64,000 nucleotides of DNA from the NCBI GenBank assembly GCA_963663545.1, contig OY760505.1:160001-224000 (forward strand). Reading direction: 5' to 3'. Positions within the stretch are counted from its first letter, which is position 1. Each line of letters opens with the position of its first letter. Of the stretch, positions 39,860-49,849 are shown in pieces. Under the pieces are notes generated by a model. The model was not told the origin of the DNA and did not search any database. It worked only from the letters and a program-made list of their open reading frames with translations. Source of the stretch: Candidatus Delongbacteria bacterium. GTDB taxonomy: Bacteria > CAIWAD01. Made by a program: the position numbers and the translations under genes.

Positions 39860-41368
39860 TCACCAGTTGAAATCGTTGGCCAGCAGATACTGCAGGAGTT
39901 CGTCCAGGTTCTCGACGTAGAAGAGGGGGAACTCTACGTAGACTTCGGAGGCGTGGCCGGCAATGCCGTCTGCTGCCGCCTGACGAGCGCCGAGCGTCGC
40001 CATGGGGAGGTCGCTGCCGGACCCGGCCGGCACGTAGTACAGCGGAACCACCGCCACCGTGTCTGCGCCCACAACGCCCACCGTATCCGGAACCACGCCA
40101 AACCAAAGGTCGCCGTCCGCCAGACCACGGCAGCTTACGCGAGTGGTCATGTGCAAGGTTGGGAATTCAGCGTAGTCCGACAGGATGTCATCGCTGCTAC
40201 CGATGTACTTGCGATCGCCGGTTACGTCCATCAGTGGCAAACAGACCGTATCGAAGAGATAGGGATAGTAGTGGCCTTCGCTGCTGCTGACACGTCCGAT
40301 GTCCGAAGTCGAGATCAGTAGTTTTCCCTCCTGGGCGAGGTAGCGATCCAGAACCGGGCAAGCGAGCTCGGTGTTGTCATTCTTCCACGCCGACCAGACA
40401 ACCATGTGAAACTGATTGAGGATGGTGAAGAAGTCGGTCTCGTCGTAGGGAATCCACTTGTAGCCTTCCCAGAAGGTGTAGTCCTGATTTTCCACCTTGC
40501 CCATGGCGCTAAACGCAGAGCGGAAGGCCTCGATATTATCCGTGGCCTCAGTCAGCTCATCCAGGATCACCAGAATGTCTCCGTACAGATCACGCACCAT
40601 CCAGGTTTGCGGCTCGCCTGTGGCCAGCGTGTCCTCGATGCGCGGATACTGTAGGGTTTCGCTCCAGGCTTCGGCGATGTCCTGCGCTTTCAGGAACATG
40701 CGATGCGGCCCCGGAGCCAGGTTTTCAGGCGTGAAGCTAATCATGCCCAGGCTGGGGTCAGCCGTGTTCCACTCGGTGGTATCATCCAGAGCCCACAAGA
40801 CATCGGTCACCGTCTCCAGGCCGTCCAGATCCCAGACGTTGAAATGGAAGGTGACATAAGGGAACGTCCAGCTCGTATCCCCCTCGAAGAAACTGCTGAG
40901 GAGCTCCTGACTGTTGGCCACCCAGGCCACATTGGGCATGGTGTTGTACACGGGAAGACTGACCGCTGCCGGACTTGGATCTACCGCACCCTTGTCATCA
41001 AAGGCGCGTACTTCAAAGCGGAAGGTGTCCTGCTGAGTGGTCAGCAGCACGATGAAGCTGTCGCTTTCAAATGTCGTCTCGGTCCAGAGATCCTGACCAA
41101 GGCTGTCCACGTCGTAGTTCCACCGGTACTCGTAGTGATCGATGGTGCCATCGGCGTCTTCTCCCCACCAGGACAATTCCACCACCGCGTTGCTCAAAGA
41201 CAAAGTGTCGATCGAGCTGCTGTCGGTGCGGAAATAGCCCATGGACAGGTGGGTTTGCGGCGGCAGATTTGCATCGGGCGTGTTGTCTCCCTCCCGCGGA
41301 TCGCAGGCATTTAGGGCCAACAGACACAGAAATCCCGCCAAAGGGATCAGCATTGTGCGTCGCTTCAT
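39860..41368 (-). CDS. Acidic lipoprotein with Ig/Fn3-like domains
   Basis: MKRR..LLALNAC lipobox; NLPPQTHL, W.GEDADG....YEY, FEVRAFDDKGAVDPSPA. Confidence 0.82.
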   Translation of the reverse strand: MKRRTMLIPLAGFLCLLALNACDPREGDNTPDANLPPQTHLSMGYFRTDSSSIDTLSLSNAVVELSWWGEDADGTIDHYEYRWNYDVDSLGQDLWTETTFESDSFIVLLTTQQDTFRFEVRAFDDKGAVDPSPAAVSLPVYNTMPNVAWVANSQELLSSFFEGDTSWTFPYVTFHFNVWDLDGLETVTDVLWALDDTTEWNTADPSLGMISFTPENLAPGPHRMFLKAQDIAEAWSETLQYPRIEDTLATGEPQTWMVRDLYGDILVILDELTEATDNIEAFRSAFSAMGKVENQDYTFWEGYKWIPYDETDFFTILNQFHMVVWSAWKNDNTELACPVLDRYLAQEGKLLISTSDIGRVSSSEGHYYPYLFDTVCLPLMDVTGDRKYIGSSDDILSDYAEFPTLHMTTRVSCRGLADGDLWFGVVPDTVGVVGADTVAVVPLYYVPAGSGSDLPMATLGARQAAADGIAGHASEVYVEFPLFYVENLDELLQYLLANDFNW

Positions 41369-41380
41369 CGCTCTTCCAGG

Positions 41381-41413
41381 AAAAGGGCGGGGCCCGTACA
41401 AGACGGACCCCGC
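41381..41413 (-). terminator. Intra-operon hairpin / leaky terminator
   Basis: GCGGGGTCCGT..ACGGGCCCCGC stem followed by CCTTTT on the minus strand. Confidence 0.55.
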
Positions 41414-41424
41414 GTATGACAAGC

Positions 41425-43398
41425 TTACTTGATCAGCAGCATTTTCTGATCGGCTGTCGCACCAAAGGCGCTCAGGCGTGCGAAGTACACACCACTAGCC
41501 AAGGCGGAAGCGTTCCAGTTCAGCTGATGCTCGCCGGCGTTCAGCGTACCCTGCTGCAGCACGGCTACCTGCTCACCCAGCACGTTGTAGACCACCAGGC
41601 TTACCTCACCGGCACGGGTCAGGCTGAAGCTCAGGGTCGTGGTGGGATTGAAGGGGTTCGGATAGTTGGCGTGCAACTCGAACTTGGCAGGCTGCACCTG
41701 CGGGGCCAGATCCGTGAAGTTGTCGAAGTCGTCGTTGGTACGCGGCTCGATCTTCCAGGCACCGTAGTTGTAGGTGATCACACCAGTAAGGTGGTCGGCG
41801 TGGGCGCCCACGGCAATTTCCTGCTCCCAGATACCCGAATTGTCGACGACGATGGTGTTGCCGCTGGCGTCGGTGGCGCGCCACTCGCCGTAGCCCACAT
41901 CCTCGGTCCAGGTGACATCACTCAAACGCACCAGCACGCTCTCGTAGGGCTCTTCGTCTCCCGCAAAGTCGGCCAGGCTCAGATCGACGCTCGGCGTGGC
42001 GTTACCGGTGGAGTTCACCGTCATGGCGCTGATATAGCTCAGCTCGGTGATGTTGTTGTACTCGGTGACCTCACCCGTTATGGTGATGTTGTCACCGCTC
42101 TGCACACCTTCCATCCAGACATCGTGGCTCTGGTTGTTGTAGATCAGGATGCCCGAATACTCACCGGCCGCATCAGCAAAGTAGTAGCTCAGCGAAGTGC
42201 GAGTACTGTCGTAACCGAAGTCATCGTAGCCCATGGTGATTACACCGGTAAGGGTAGCCTCGTGGCAATTGTAATAGGTGGAACCGTCACTGTAATGGTT
42301 CTCCTGAATGGTTGCCACATCGGTAACGGAAACGCCACTAACGAAGAACTGCGGAAACTCTGCGGAGTTGACGCCATCGGCGGGCGAGTAGCTGGTCTCG
42401 CCATCGTCGTCCACGGCCTCGATGTAGTACTCAAGCAGACTGCCCTCGGCCTGGGCCGGAATCTCGGTGGTGAAGAGAATGGGGTTCTCTGCGTCACGCT
42501 GCAGGTCGTACTGGCTCCAGTTTCCGCCATTGACGCGGAAGTAGACGAAAGCCTCATCAACAGCGGTATTGTCGCTGATGTTGGTGCTTACAGTCAGCAG
42601 GTCAGCGGGAGTCGCGCCACAGGGGCCGATTTCGCCGCCACTGATGATGGGAGGGCCAACGGCAATCACGAGATCGTCGATGTAGCGGGGCATTACGTTG
42701 TACTGGCCGTAGACCTGATAAACGACGCCGCGAATCATCTCGTAGGTGGCTCCCAGGGGCGGACGCCCCACATCGTTGAAGTCGGTGGCGGCTGTACGAA
42801 TCACCGTTTCGTCGCCCTCATCGTTGGCGACGGTGAACTGACGATAGCTGGAAGGCGCGCTGATATCCACAACGTAGGCACCCAAAATCTGCACCAGACG
42901 AGCCTCGAGGTGTTCAGCCACGTGAGTATCGTGACGAACAGGATCCAGCTCCCACATGTCGGCCTCAACCGGGTCCGGCATGGGATTCTCGTAGTTGATT
43001 ACCACCAGATCGTTGCCGGGATCGCTCACCACGATTTCCGTCATCTCACTGGTATTACCCAGATCGCCAGTGGTGTGATACTCGCTGATCGTACCTGTGA
43101 CACGCACACTGTCGCCTACCAGCACGTCGAAAGCCTCGCCCGTGGTACCGAACACGAGAATGGCACCCCAGTCGCTTCCCTCCGCGTCGGTCATGTAGAA
43201 GGTACTGTGACTGCCGGCGTAGAACTGGCCTTCGCTGGAAAGGGCGAGACCCTCCAAGATCACGGTCTGTCCGCACATGGCAGAACTGTCAGGGCCGAAC
43301 GCGCCCACGTACTGGGTTTCGGCAATGGTGTGGGTCGCTTCCTGGGCCAATGCCATTCCGGCAACACCCAACACAAGCAACAGAGCCATTTTGCGCAT
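41425..43398 (-). CDS. Secreted protein with repeated OB-fold-like domains and a T9SS type-A sorting domain
   Basis: Signal peptide; two units of G.TV...G..FY..DA.G...GI.V..GD.V.VTG.V.EY...TE..E..E..LV..PR..DD; C-terminal NYPNPFNPTTTLSF..YNVLGEQV..ASGVYF..KMLLIK. Confidence 0.85.
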   Translation of the reverse strand: MRKMALLLVLGVAGMALAQEATHTIAETQYVGAFGPDSSAMCGQTVILEGLALSSEGQFYAGSHSTFYMTDAEGSDWGAILVFGTTGEAFDVLVGDSVRVTGTISEYHTTGDLGNTSEMTEIVVSDPGNDLVVINYENPMPDPVEADMWELDPVRHDTHVAEHLEARLVQILGAYVVDISAPSSYRQFTVANDEGDETVIRTAATDFNDVGRPPLGATYEMIRGVVYQVYGQYNVMPRYIDDLVIAVGPPIISGGEIGPCGATPADLLTVSTNISDNTAVDEAFVYFRVNGGNWSQYDLQRDAENPILFTTEIPAQAEGSLLEYYIEAVDDDGETSYSPADGVNSAEFPQFFVSGVSVTDVATIQENHYSDGSTYYNCHEATLTGVITMGYDDFGYDSTRTSLSYYFADAAGEYSGILIYNNQSHDVWMEGVQSGDNITITGEVTEYNNITELSYISAMTVNSTGNATPSVDLSLADFAGDEEPYESVLVRLSDVTWTEDVGYGEWRATDASGNTIVVDNSGIWEQEIAVGAHADHLTGVITYNYGAWKIEPRTNDDFDNFTDLAPQVQPAKFELHANYPNPFNPTTTLSFSLTRAGEVSLVVYNVLGEQVAVLQQGTLNAGEHQLNWNASALASGVYFARLSAFGATADQKMLLIK

Positions 43399-43411
43399 GT
43401 TTCTGTCCTTC

Positions 43412-45604
43412 CTATTTGATTACTGCAAACTTGCCGATTTCTACTTCGCCCGTGGCCTTGTCCTCTACCGCGAAGAGATAGAGGCCGGTGGCGATGGCCT
43501 GATCGTCACGGGTGACAAGATCCCAGGCGTGTTCGCCGCCCGAGAAAACAAAATCCGCGCTTTGCGAATCGGTATTGGCTGTATCGTAGGCTTCACGAAT
43601 TTGCAACACGTCCTGTCCCTGGTAGGTGGCGGCGTCGTGCTCGAGTACGTCCACCAGATCACCCGCAAGGGTGAAAATACTGATGGTGCAACGAGCTGGC
43701 AGATGGGTAAACCAGATCACGCGATCGTAGGGGCCGGAGCCATCCCAGTTGGCGTTGCCGCGATAGGGGTTGGGATACACACCGGGTTTGGGGTCTTGTC
43801 CATCAACTGCCGTGTCGGGCAGGTTGCCGGGATAAATGAAAACCCAGTTTTCGCGAACGTTGGATTCCAGACTGGGCAACTCATTCTCAGGCATACCCTG
43901 GTCGTAGGCGGAAACCGCCAGCCAGTTGCCGTTTGGACGACCGTTGGGCAGGTTGGTCAGGTGAAATGCGTAGTGATAGTAGACGCCGTCAACCAGCACC
44001 GAGTCCGCATCGATTCCCAGCACATGGCGCACCTTGATTTCCTCAAGCCCCAGATTGGGCCAGATGTCATTCTCAAGATCGAACTGCGCCAGCAGCGTAT
44101 TATCGTCGCCCTCGGCTTCGGTGATATTGCTGGAGTAAATGCGGTAGCCCTCAAAATCGGCCCAGCCCAGAATGGGATCCACAAAATCCTCGGGGGCGCG
44201 CGTCCAGTACAGGGTTGCCTCGTGGTTGCCCACTTCGACGTGCAATTTTGGGCTGGGCGGCGGCATGGGGAGCAGGTAGCGATCAAGAATGTCGTCGCCG
44301 TCCTGGTCTTCACCCGGGTCCAGCACACCATTGCGGTTCTTGTCTTCTCCGTCCCAGGCGATGCGCGCCCAGTTGGTTGAGACCACCAGATTGTGCGCCA
44401 ACATCTGCAGGTACTCTTCGCCCGTGTTGGGGACATCGCTGGGCGAGATGAATTCCCACTCGGCGCAGCCGATGGCAAACACGGCGTTCAGGCTTTCGCC
44501 CGGCTCCAGACGGCCGAAATTATCTGCCGCGGTCAGCACCATCCAGGACTGCGCGTCCACCTCTCCATAGGGGAAAGCCGCGTCATCCAGCGAAGGCGTA
44601 GTGGCCATGGCGAAGAAGCGCTCCTCGTCGTTGGCAGGCATGATCAGGTCAGGGAAATCGCTGTTGTAGGTCGAGGTCCAGACCCAAACGCGCGAATTAG
44701 GAACGAGCGCCGTGGGATCGCTCAAATGCGGTGCACTGCCGCCGATGAACCGACAACCCACCATCGACTCGGCATAGCCCAGGTCACCGTCGGCGTCATA
44801 GCCGATGCCCATGTTGATGGTATCGCCTTCGGCGGTGGTATTGCCATCCGTGCGCACGATGCCTGCCAGGTTGTCCCGCCAGTCCCATTCGCCGGGCGTG
44901 TAGTAGTCGGTGTAGTTGAAATTGCCAACCGACTCATCCAGCCAGTAACCCACACGAACGCTGTCGATGGTCCAGCCGACGCTGTCCGGATCGTATTGCT
45001 GGCTGATATTGGTGATGGTCGCATCCAGGATAACGAAGCCTTCGGCGTAGGAGTAGTTCCAGGCCAGGCTGGTCAGATCCACCTTCAACCCCATGGGCGT
45101 GTGGTTCAGGATTTCAGTGGTCTCGCCCGGCACGACCGTAGCCGTGTCCGTGTAGCTGGTGTAGAAATCCTGATGGCTGATGGCGGTTGTGTCGTAGTGG
45201 GAGCTGCTGCGCAAACCGCTTCGCTCAATGATAGAGTAAGCGGGATTCGTGGCAATCTCCTCTTGACCGGCATTGTTCCACTCCCAACCGGGGCGCGAGG
45301 ACGGTGATCCATCAACGCAACCGGTACTGACGCGGTGCACGCCTTCAACAATGCCGCCGACCCAAATGCCGCCGTAGCTGAAGTGCTCCACCTGCTCAAA
45401 ATCCAACTCGGAGTACTGCTTGTACAAACAGGAGGGCTGGCCTTCAATGTTGTAGCCGTGTCCGATGAGCCCGAAGTTGGTCACCGTCATCCCGATCTGC
45501 CCCACCGAAGTGTAGTGGTTGTAATCGTCGGCGGCACGCAAACAAGGTGAAAGAAAGCCTGACGCCGCCAGGGCGCACAGGACCAGCAGTCGCTGAAGAT
45601 TCAT
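43412..45604 (-). CDS. Conserved exported protein with Fn3-like region and PNPY-type C-terminal domain
   Basis: Signal peptide; GMTVTNFGLIG, PPPSPKL, DFEGYRIY, VSAYDQG..LPSLES, VYPNPY..FTHLP..CTISIFTLAGDLV..WDLVT..IATGLYLF..GKFAVIK. Confidence 0.82.
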   Translation of the reverse strand: MNLQRLLVLCALAASGFLSPCLRAADDYNHYTSVGQIGMTVTNFGLIGHGYNIEGQPSCLYKQYSELDFEQVEHFSYGGIWVGGIVEGVHRVSTGCVDGSPSSRPGWEWNNAGQEEIATNPAYSIIERSGLRSSSHYDTTAISHQDFYTSYTDTATVVPGETTEILNHTPMGLKVDLTSLAWNYSYAEGFVILDATITNISQQYDPDSVGWTIDSVRVGYWLDESVGNFNYTDYYTPGEWDWRDNLAGIVRTDGNTTAEGDTINMGIGYDADGDLGYAESMVGCRFIGGSAPHLSDPTALVPNSRVWVWTSTYNSDFPDLIMPANDEERFFAMATTPSLDDAAFPYGEVDAQSWMVLTAADNFGRLEPGESLNAVFAIGCAEWEFISPSDVPNTGEEYLQMLAHNLVVSTNWARIAWDGEDKNRNGVLDPGEDQDGDDILDRYLLPMPPPSPKLHVEVGNHEATLYWTRAPEDFVDPILGWADFEGYRIYSSNITEAEGDDNTLLAQFDLENDIWPNLGLEEIKVRHVLGIDADSVLVDGVYYHYAFHLTNLPNGRPNGNWLAVSAYDQGMPENELPSLESNVRENWVFIYPGNLPDTAVDGQDPKPGVYPNPYRGNANWDGSGPYDRVIWFTHLPARCTISIFTLAGDLVDVLEHDAATYQGQDVLQIREAYDTANTDSQSADFVFSGGEHAWDLVTRDDQAIATGLYLFAVEDKATGEVEIGKFAVIK

Positions 45605-45789
45605 GTAAGTACCTGAAAGGATCTTTGTACTGGCTGCCTTGCCTGGAACGTCCAATTCCCGTTCGGAACTGCCCGCTACAACACCGGGACTTCACGCCCC
45701 GGCAAGTGACACTCCGGCAGAATAAGGCGTGTAAGTTAATGTAATGTGAGGCAATCTGGACAGACCTTTGACGCGGTCAAGAAAGGGCC

Positions 45790-46794
45790 TCACTCGCTGG
45801 CCAATGCCAGCATGCGTGTCATCAACGCGGCAAAGTCGACGCCGACTGCGGCAGCGGCCTTGGGCACGAGACTAGTGGCGGTCATGCCAGGAGTTGTATT
45901 CAACTCAAGACAGAAAGCTTGCTCGTCCAGATCCAACCTGAAATCGGTGCGCGTGACACCACGGCAACCCAACATGCGGTTCAGATCACAGGTCCAAGTA
46001 GCCAAGCGCTGTGCCAGCTCGGGACGAATCTCCGCCGGGCATTGGTACTCGGTTCCGCCCAAGTACTTGTGCCGATAGTCGTACCATCCCTCGCGCGGCT
46101 TGATTTCCACCACTGGCAGGCTTTCACCCCCCAGCCAGGAAACGGTGAGCTCGCGCCCGGGAATGTACTCCTCCACCAGAACGTCGTCGCCCAGCTCGCG
46201 CACGCGCTCGATGGCGCCTTCGATCTGGTCCTCGCGCTCGCACAGGCTGATGCCCACGCTACTGCCCATGGTGTTCGGCTTCACAATCAGCGGCAGGCCC
46301 AGGCGTGTTACAAGACTCGCCGGAGCCGGGTCGGAGTCGGTGGCAACAAGGGGCAGCAGCAGCCAATCGGGAGTCGAAATCCCCAACGCGGTCATCATGG
46401 CCTTGCTGCGATGCTTGTCCATGGCCAGCTGCATCGCCAGCGAAGGACCGGAACTGTGGCGCAACCCCAGCAACTCCAGCAGCACCGCCAGCTTGCCATT
46501 TTCGCCCATGCCGCCGTGCAGACAGTTGAAGACCAGCTCAGGCTGTTGGGCTGCCAGCGTGTTCATCAGGAGCTGAATCTGGGCTGCATCCAGAGAGCTC
46601 AGGTGTTCTTCGCGCTCGCTTAGCCCCTCACCGAAGGGAAACTCCGCCAGCGGCAGAACCCGCTCGGGCTCCAGCGGATCGAGCAGCAAGAGCTCGTGCC
46701 CCAACCCGGCCAAGGCCGACGCGCAAGCGCGACCACTAACCAGCGAAACATCACGTTCGCCCGATTCACCACCGAGCAACAGCAAGATCTTCAT
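45790..46794 (-). CDS. ddl: D-alanine--D-alanine ligase
   Basis: GGESGERDVSL, LHGGMGENG, VKP..GSSVG, YDYRHKY, LELNTTPGMT..SLVP. Confidence 0.95.
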   Translation of the reverse strand: MKILLLLGGESGERDVSLVSGRACASALAGLGHELLLLDPLEPERVLPLAEFPFGEGLSEREEHLSSLDAAQIQLLMNTLAAQQPELVFNCLHGGMGENGKLAVLLELLGLRHSSGPSLAMQLAMDKHRSKAMMTALGISTPDWLLLPLVATDSDPAPASLVTRLGLPLIVKPNTMGSSVGISLCEREDQIEGAIERVRELGDDVLVEEYIPGRELTVSWLGGESLPVVEIKPREGWYDYRHKYLGGTEYQCPAEIRPELAQRLATWTCDLNRMLGCRGVTRTDFRLDLDEQAFCLELNTTPGMTATSLVPKAAAAVGVDFAALMTRMLALASE

Positions 46795-46805
46795 CGTGAT
46801 CCTCC

Positions 46806-47702
46806 TCAGGCCTTCAGCCTGCGCTGAGCGGAAAACAGCGTATTACGCAACAACACAGCAATGGTCATCGGTCCCACGCCTCCCGGCACGGGTGTAATGG
46901 CCCGGCAGCGGGGAGCAACGGCCTCGTAGTCGACGTCGCCGACAATGCGATAGCCCTTTTTAGCGCTGGCGTCCTCAACGCGATTAATGCCCACGTCGAT
47001 GACAACGGCTCCCGGCTTGACCATGTCCGCGCCAATGTAATGGGGGCGACCGATGGCGGCAATCAGAAGATCGGCCTGGCGGGTAATGCTGGCGATGTCA
47101 CGGGTACGGCTGTGACACACGGTGACGGTGCAGTCAGCGTGCTTGCCCTTCTGCACCAGCAGGCTGGCCATGGGCTTACCCACAATGTTGCTGCGGCCAA
47201 CGACAACAGCGTGCATGCCCGCAGTCTCGATGCCGCTGCGAATCAGTAGCTCGATAATACCGGCAGGCGTCGCGGGTGCGAAAGCATCGGGCAAACCAAT
47301 GAGCACCTTGCCCGTGGAGACCGGATGGAAACCATCTACATCCTTGGCGGGATCAATACGCTCAATGACCTCCTGCTCATCCAAATGGGCGGGCAGAGGC
47401 AGTTGCACTAGAATGCCGTCGATGGCCGGGTCCTGATTCAACCTGTCCACCAGTGCTAGCAATGTATCACGACTTGTATCCACAGGAAGACGCTCTGTAA
47501 CACTGTGAAAACCAGCCTGCAGACAGGCTTTTCCTTTGCTGCTGACATAGACTTTGCTGGCCGGATCATCACCCACCAGCACCGCGGCCAATCCCGGCGG
47601 GCGGCCATGACGTTCACACAATTCTGCCGCTTCGCGTGCGACTTCTCCGCGCAGCTCTTCAGCAATGCGCTTGCCGTCAATAATCAGTGGAGTTTGTGTC
47701 AC
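46806..47702 (-). CDS. folD: Methylene-THF dehydrogenase/cyclohydrolase
   Basis: IIDGK, LVGDDPAS, GILVQLPLP, KDVDGFHP, GRSNIVGKP, TPVPGGVGPMT; GTG start overlapping the upstream stop. Confidence 0.96.
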   Translation of the reverse strand: MTQTPLIIDGKRIAEELRGEVAREAAELCERHGRPPGLAAVLVGDDPASKVYVSSKGKACLQAGFHSVTERLPVDTSRDTLLALVDRLNQDPAIDGILVQLPLPAHLDEQEVIERIDPAKDVDGFHPVSTGKVLIGLPDAFAPATPAGIIELLIRSGIETAGMHAVVVGRSNIVGKPMASLLVQKGKHADCTVTVCHSRTRDIASITRQADLLIAAIGRPHYIGADMVKPGAVVIDVGINRVEDASAKKGYRIVGDVDYEAVAPRCRAITPVPGGVGPMTIAVLLRNTLFSAQRRLKA

Positions 47703-48709
47703 GATGTTTCCTTTCGCTTGGCATCCTGCCATCTTGCGTAGGCGCCCGCGTAGTGCAGATACACAATCAGATCGTAGAGGCGGTCCGGAAAGAGGAAGCC
47801 GTTTGTCAGCTCTTCCATCCGGCAGAGCGCACGCTCCGCACCAAGGGCAGATAAAAGGCGCAGCGGGCTACTGAACTGCGCAGAGGAAGGATCCAGTCGG
47901 CCCAATTGCAGTCTATCGTACAGTTGGGGATGTGCTTCGAGCAGCAGAGGTATCACGCGCTCACCAAAGGTTACCAGGTTGCGACAGTGGGCGGTGAAGC
48001 TGCGTTCCTGCGCGTGCAGGCCAACGGCGCGTTTGCGATGTAATTGACGTCCGCCTGCCGCTTCAAGCCTCAGCCCCATGTCAATGTCTTCCCCGCCCCA
48101 GACGCGCAGCCGCTCGTCAAAACCGCCCGTACTCAAGAAAAGCTCGCGGTGAACCATGCTGTTGCAGGTGTAGAAGTACCGCGCAGGCACGCTGGCTCCA
48201 TCGGGAAGCTTGGCTGGCCCCCTGCCCTGCAGGTAGCGCTGATAGCTCTTGAGACATCCGCCCTCCTGGCTCTCGTAGAGCATACTTCCAATGCCGATCT
48301 CATGAGGAGATGTAATACCCGCACTTAGTTGTATCACCCAGTCGGCGCTAACCCGCAAGTCGGCGTCAAGAAAGAGCAGCCACTCACCCTTCGCCTGTGA
48401 TACAGCAGCGTTACGAGCTGCACTGCGCCCCCGGTTCTGTTCAAGATCGACAGGAATCAGTGGCAATGTGGCCCATTGTCCCGGTGATACACTTGCAGCC
48501 AACAGCCTTTGTCTGCTTGCCTCGGGCACACTGGCCTGTGAATCACGCGCCAACGCCAACAGCTCGCGCGTATCGTCGGTTGAGCCATCGATGGCGATGA
48601 CGATTTCCAGCTCTCCTGCACACTGGGGAAGCTGCTCCAGCGAGCGCAGGCAGCGCAACAGCAGCGTACCATCATTGTAGGTTGGAACGATGACGCTGTA
48701 GCGGATCAT
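47699..48709 (-). CDS. Glycosyltransferase family 2
   Basis: SVIVPTYN, DGSTD, NRGRSAARN, FLDAD, GGFDE..WGGED. Confidence 0.9.
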   Translation of the reverse strand: MIRYSVIVPTYNDGTLLLRCLRSLEQLPQCAGELEIVIAIDGSTDDTRELLALARDSQASVPEASRQRLLAASVSPGQWATLPLIPVDLEQNRGRSAARNAAVSQAKGEWLLFLDADLRVSADWVIQLSAGITSPHEIGIGSMLYESQEGGCLKSYQRYLQGRGPAKLPDGASVPARYFYTCNSMVHRELFLSTGGFDERLRVWGGEDIDMGLRLEAAGGRQLHRKRAVGLHAQERSFTAHCRNLVTFGERVIPLLLEAHPQLYDRLQLGRLDPSSAQFSSPLRLLSALGAERALCRMEELTNGFLFPDRLYDLIVYLHYAGAYARWQDAKRKETS

Positions 48710-49842
48710 GACCTAAAACACTCCAGCAATCGTGATTCCTCTTCTTCCCAGCACAAGTCCAGTGCGGCTCTGGCAAAGGCTTCTTCGCGTGCTACACGCC
48801 ACGCAGGATCTAACAGCTGTGTCACAGCGGAGGCCAAGGCACTCTCATCCTGTGGTGATACACAACGTCCCAGGTCGCGCTGCTCGATGATGGCCTGCAA
48901 CTCCGGCAAGGGGCTCGCAAGGAGTGGAAGTCCGGCCTGCAGATACTCGAAGAGTTTGTTGGGCAGAATGTAGCGATAACTCAGGCCGAGATCGGGAATG
49001 GGGATCAAGCCCAGATCAGCTCCGCGCGTCAACTCTGGAAGAAGATCGCTGCGCACCTTACCCGGTATATGCACGCGCTCTTTCCAGGGCAGTGTATCAC
49101 GCAATTCGCGCAAAGCTGCCGCACCAGGTCCATCGCCCAGCAGCACCAACTGCGACCGTGCCGCATTTCCGGCCAGTTTACCCAGCATGCGCAGAAGCGG
49201 CGCAAAGTCATATCCGGGCCAGAAGCCACCCTGATAGAGCAGTACCGGCCCATCGCCCAACTCCGGTAGCAACTGCTGCAATCTCCGGCGATCGTGCACA
49301 CTATCGCGGTTATAGCTGTAGCCGGGCATGTTTCGTACAACGCCCACATTGCGCACGCCGTAGAGACGCTCCAACTCACGGGCAATGGAGCTACACACGC
49401 TGAAGGCGCTGTCACTGCGTCGGATGCCGTAGCCCTCGATGCAGCGCCAGATTCCTCGTATCACCGGACGGCTTCGAACCGTGGGCAATTCGATGTAATA
49501 CTCGCGACTGTCGTAAATGAGCCGGTAGCCCAGACGTGCCTTCGCCAGTGCGGCCGGCCCCAATGCTGGAGGATCAATCGCCAGTACAGCCTGCGGCCTT
49601 TCTTCGTGCAACAGGCGATACCACTGCCGCATGAAGCGAGCGAAATAGCTCTTTCTTCGACCGGCACGCGCATTGGGCAGACGGATCAATTCCGCCTTCG
49701 GCCAGGCTGACGAGGGTGGATGTGTGCCGTTGTCGACCCACGTGACACGCAGTTCGTGCCCCGCCCGGCGCAGGCTCTCCGCCATGCGCTCAAGACGGCG
49801 CTCGTGACTCAGCTCCGAAAGGATGCCGATCAGTATGCGCAC
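48706..49842 (-). CDS. Glycosyltransferase family 4 (GT-B)
   Basis: YDSREYY, LYQGG, ADLGL, LPNKLFEYLQAGLP. Confidence 0.88.
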   Translation of the reverse strand: MRILIGILSELSHERRLERMAESLRRAGHELRVTWVDNGTHPPSSAWPKAELIRLPNARAGRRKSYFARFMRQWYRLLHEERPQAVLAIDPPALGPAALAKARLGYRLIYDSREYYIELPTVRSRPVIRGIWRCIEGYGIRRSDSAFSVCSSIARELERLYGVRNVGVVRNMPGYSYNRDSVHDRRRLQQLLPELGDGPVLLYQGGFWPGYDFAPLLRMLGKLAGNAARSQLVLLGDGPGAAALRELRDTLPWKERVHIPGKVRSDLLPELTRGADLGLIPIPDLGLSYRYILPNKLFEYLQAGLPLLASPLPELQAIIEQRDLGRCVSPQDESALASAVTQLLDPAWRVAREEAFARAALDLCWEEEESRLLECFRS

Positions 49843-49849
49843 GATTTCC

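Noticed and set aside
39855-40106. N-terminal extension of the TonB receptor in the ORF track
   Set aside because: Arg/Gly-rich non-protein-like sequence overlapping the lipoprotein gene; the signal peptide starts at 39854 or 39845.
41071-43419. 782-aa ORF on the + strand
   Set aside because: Antisense shadow of the codon-biased OB-fold/T9SS gene; no motifs of its own.
45610-45760. Possible riboswitch upstream of the surface operon
   Set aside because: Some pairing potential, but no recognisable cobalamin, TPP or other aptamer consensus.
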